DNA of 50,416 bases, from the NCBI GenBank assembly GCA_046759445.1, contig JBHICG010000018.1, forward strand, positions 1 to 50,416, given 5' to 3'. Source of the DNA: Candidatus Scalinduaceae bacterium (GTDB taxonomy: Bacteria; Planctomycetota; Brocadiia; Brocadiales; Scalinduaceae). Positions 48,254 to 50,416 of the stretch are shown here, piece after piece (the stretch's first letter is position 1; every line of letters begins with the position of its first letter). The notes under the pieces are model-generated. The model saw nothing but the letters and a program-made list of their open reading frames with translations, was not told the origin of the DNA and did no database searches. The position numbers and the translations under genes were made by a program.

Positions 48254-49513
48254 GTGATGGCGATGTTTGAAGGTCTTTCATTCCTACCACATGAATTTAT
48301 ACAACTCAACCGGGATCAATGGCTGCCGAAAGAACAACTTGAAGAATTGCAATGGAATAGACTTAAAATGCTCTTAAGGCACGCCTATGAAAATACGGCA
48401 TTTTACAGAGAAAGATTCGAAGAAGCTGGAATTATACCGGAAGATATCAGAGAGAAAAAGGACCTTGAAAAAATTCCTTTCACTACAAGAGAAGATTTGA
48501 GGCGCCCGGAACCCTTAATAGCCCAAGGCTTTGTAAAGAACAAGCTGAAGTCCTCCACTACTTCTGGTTCTTCAGGCAGAAGAACAACCACTTACTTTGA
48601 TAAAAGGGCATGGTTGAAGGGAAAAATTTTGCTAAAGCTAAGAGCGAGAATTGCATGCGGTTTAAGACCCTGGTGTAAAATAGCGGTTTTCAGTGAGGTA
48701 AAGGCGTTTAACAGTTTCATTAAGGCGGTTTTTCTAAGACAAAAGGCTTTTTCTATTTTAGATTCTATAGAAAACCATCTTTCAGAAATAGAATTATTTC
48801 AACCATCTGCAATGTACGGTTTTCCATCTTATTTCTCGCTCCTTGCCGATAGCGACATAAAGGTCAACCCTTCACGAATATTTACGTCCTCGGAGATGCT
48901 TGATCTAAAAACAAAGAGAAAGATAGAAAGCGTTTTCAAAACGGAGGTATTTGACGTCTATGGATGCACTGAAGTAAAGGAAATTTCATGGGAATGTCCA
49001 GAACATGATGGTTATCACATAAACAACGATTGGTTGCTGGTAGAATTCATAAAAAACGGAAAAGCAACGACAAAAGAAGATTCTTCGATCGTTGTTACGG
49101 CACTTTATAATTACGGTATGCCTCTTATAAGGTATAAAGTTGGTGATACAGGAAGGTTGCTTGAAAGAAAATGCCCTTGTGGCAGAGGGTTGCCCCTTAT
49201 GACTCCTTCACAAGGAAGAAGTGTTGATTACTTTATGCTTCCAGATAATTCCACGGTCTCACCCTATGCGATGACCTGTGCTATAGAAAATATTAAAGGT
49301 ATGAGACAATACCAGATAAAACAAGAGGAAAAAGAACTGATCACAGTAAATGTTGTACCAGATAATCAATTTAATAGAGATATGAAAAATCAAATTAAAT
49401 TTGCTTTGGAAAAAATTCTTCCTGGTGTGACAGTTCAGATAAAAACAGTTGAGAAGATTGAGCGAGAAAGAAGTGGGAAGTACCGAATAGTTATTTCAGA
49501 GGTGCAAAAATGA
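48254..49513 (+). CDS. phenylacetate-CoA ligase-like (PaaK/CapK family) adenylate-forming enzyme
   Basis: TTSGSSG, YGCTE, MPLIRYKVGD, CPCGR, SGKYR. Confidence 0.9.
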   Translation: MMAMFEGLSFLPHEFIQLNRDQWLPKEQLEELQWNRLKMLLRHAYENTAFYRERFEEAGIIPEDIREKKDLEKIPFTTREDLRRPEPLIAQGFVKNKLKSSTTSGSSGRRTTTYFDKRAWLKGKILLKLRARIACGLRPWCKIAVFSEVKAFNSFIKAVFLRQKAFSILDSIENHLSEIELFQPSAMYGFPSYFSLLADSDIKVNPSRIFTSSEMLDLKTKRKIESVFKTEVFDVYGCTEVKEISWECPEHDGYHINNDWLLVEFIKNGKATTKEDSSIVVTALYNYGMPLIRYKVGDTGRLLERKCPCGRGLPLMTPSQGRSVDYFMLPDNSTVSPYAMTCAIENIKGMRQYQIKQEEKELITVNVVPDNQFNRDMKNQIKFALEKILPGVTVQIKTVEKIERERSGKYRIVISEVQK

Positions 49514-50416
49514 ATGATCCGATAATATTGCAAATGAAAAACTCAGAAATTAAAAATAAGTTTATCTTAAATTTTACTCCAACAGGAATGATTCCAACAA
49601 AAAAAATGACTTCCAATGTACCTCTAACCCCTGAAGAAATTGTTGAACAGGTAAACGAAGTAGCAGATATGGGAGTTAACATGGTGCATCTTCATGCCCG
49701 TGACATTAATACAGGACTCCCAACATATAAAAAGGAGACATACGCAGAAATTATTAGTGGAATTCGGGGAAAAAACAAGGATTTGGTGTTGTGTGTTTCC
49801 ACCAGTGGGAGGCACTTCAATGAATTTGAAAGACGTTCCGAGGTACTTGAATTAAACGGCTCATTGAAGCCTGATTTTGGTAGTTTAACCCTCAGTTCTT
49901 TAAACTTTAATAAGCAGGCAAGTATCAATGAACCTCAGATGATTAAGGATTTGGCTCAAAAGATGTCAGAAAATAATATTAAACCGGAGATGGAGGTATT
50001 TGATCTTGGTATGATCAACTACGCTAAATATCTAATTCGTAAAGGACTCATACACCCGCCTTACTATTTTAATCTTATCTTGGGCAATATAGCTTGTGCT
50101 CAGGCAGATATTTTAAGCCTGGGACTTATGATAAAGGAATTGCCAGAAGGCTCGATATGGTCTGTCGGTGGTGTAGGCGATCCGCAGCTTAAGATGAATG
50201 CGATGTCTCTGGTGACAGGTGGTGGAGTTAGGGTAGGTTTGGAAGATAACATCTGGTATGATGAGGAGAGAACACGTCTTGCTACTAATCGAGAGATGGT
50301 GGAGAGGATACTTGTTATTGCCAAAGCACTGGGCCGGGCACCTTATACTCATCAAGAAGCTAGAGAAGTTCTCGGTGTCAATGGTGAATCGAAAGAAAAC
50401 AATGTACTATTTGAAA
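49510..50416 (+). CDS. beta-keto acid cleavage enzyme (BKACE/DUF849, Kce-like), 3'-partial; absent from the ORF track
   Basis: ATGA overlap with the previous gene; my translation gives NFTPTGM, VPLTPEEI, VHLHARD, STSGR, KPEMEVFD, VRVGLEDN; no stop before the window end. Confidence 0.92.
   Translation, partial: MNDPIILQMKNSEIKNKFILNFTPTGMIPTKKMTSNVPLTPEEIVEQVNEVADMGVNMVHLHARDINTGLPTYKKETYAEIISGIRGKNKDLVLCVSTSGRHFNEFERRSEVLELNGSLKPDFGSLTLSSLNFNKQASINEPQMIKDLAQKMSENNIKPEMEVFDLGMINYAKYLIRKGLIHPPYYFNLILGNIACAQADILSLGLMIKELPEGSIWSVGGVGDPQLKMNAMSLVTGGGVRVGLEDNIWYDEERTRLATNREMVERILVIAKALGRAPYTHQEAREVLGVNGESKENNVLFE

Overview
AT-rich bacterial chromosome segment, mostly housekeeping and cell-envelope genes. 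In order: dCMP deaminase, flavin reductase, a lipoprotein-mlaE-mlaF-mlaD operon, moeA, an orphan parA, lnt, mreBCD-mrdA(PBP2)-rodA-radical SAM, an accessory/remnant stretch (about 17.2-21 kb), feoB plus a DtxR-FeoA regulator behind a Fur-like box, a LysM L,D-transpeptidase, a cyclodeaminase, NYN-rnc, pheA-tpiA-secG-yicC-gmk-coaC-dut, ftsK-pgsA, an FmdE-like gene, cobM, DUF47-pit, a PilZ-like gene, a cysteine synthase/cystathionine lyase pair, and the start of a sigma54-type GT4 / PaaK-like ligase / BKACE(Kce) operon. The BKACE gene runs off the window and is missing from the ORF track. Gene order and content suggest a planctomycete, probably an anammox (Brocadiia/Scalindua-like) organism; this is inference only. 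I saw no rRNA, tRNA, CRISPR array or intact transposase. Best leads: (1) three ~150 bp TIR-bounded elements that carry a GTAG-REP doublet with a further palindrome inserted in one REP; (2) a CxxCH heme-c motif in an insertion of PBP2; (3) a CcmH-like/DsbA-fold gene with one in-frame TAG followed directly by a hairpin; (4) a shared 24 bp upstream site at nearly the same distance from two promoter-like motifs, linking a 60-aa orphan to the glycan-modification operon.
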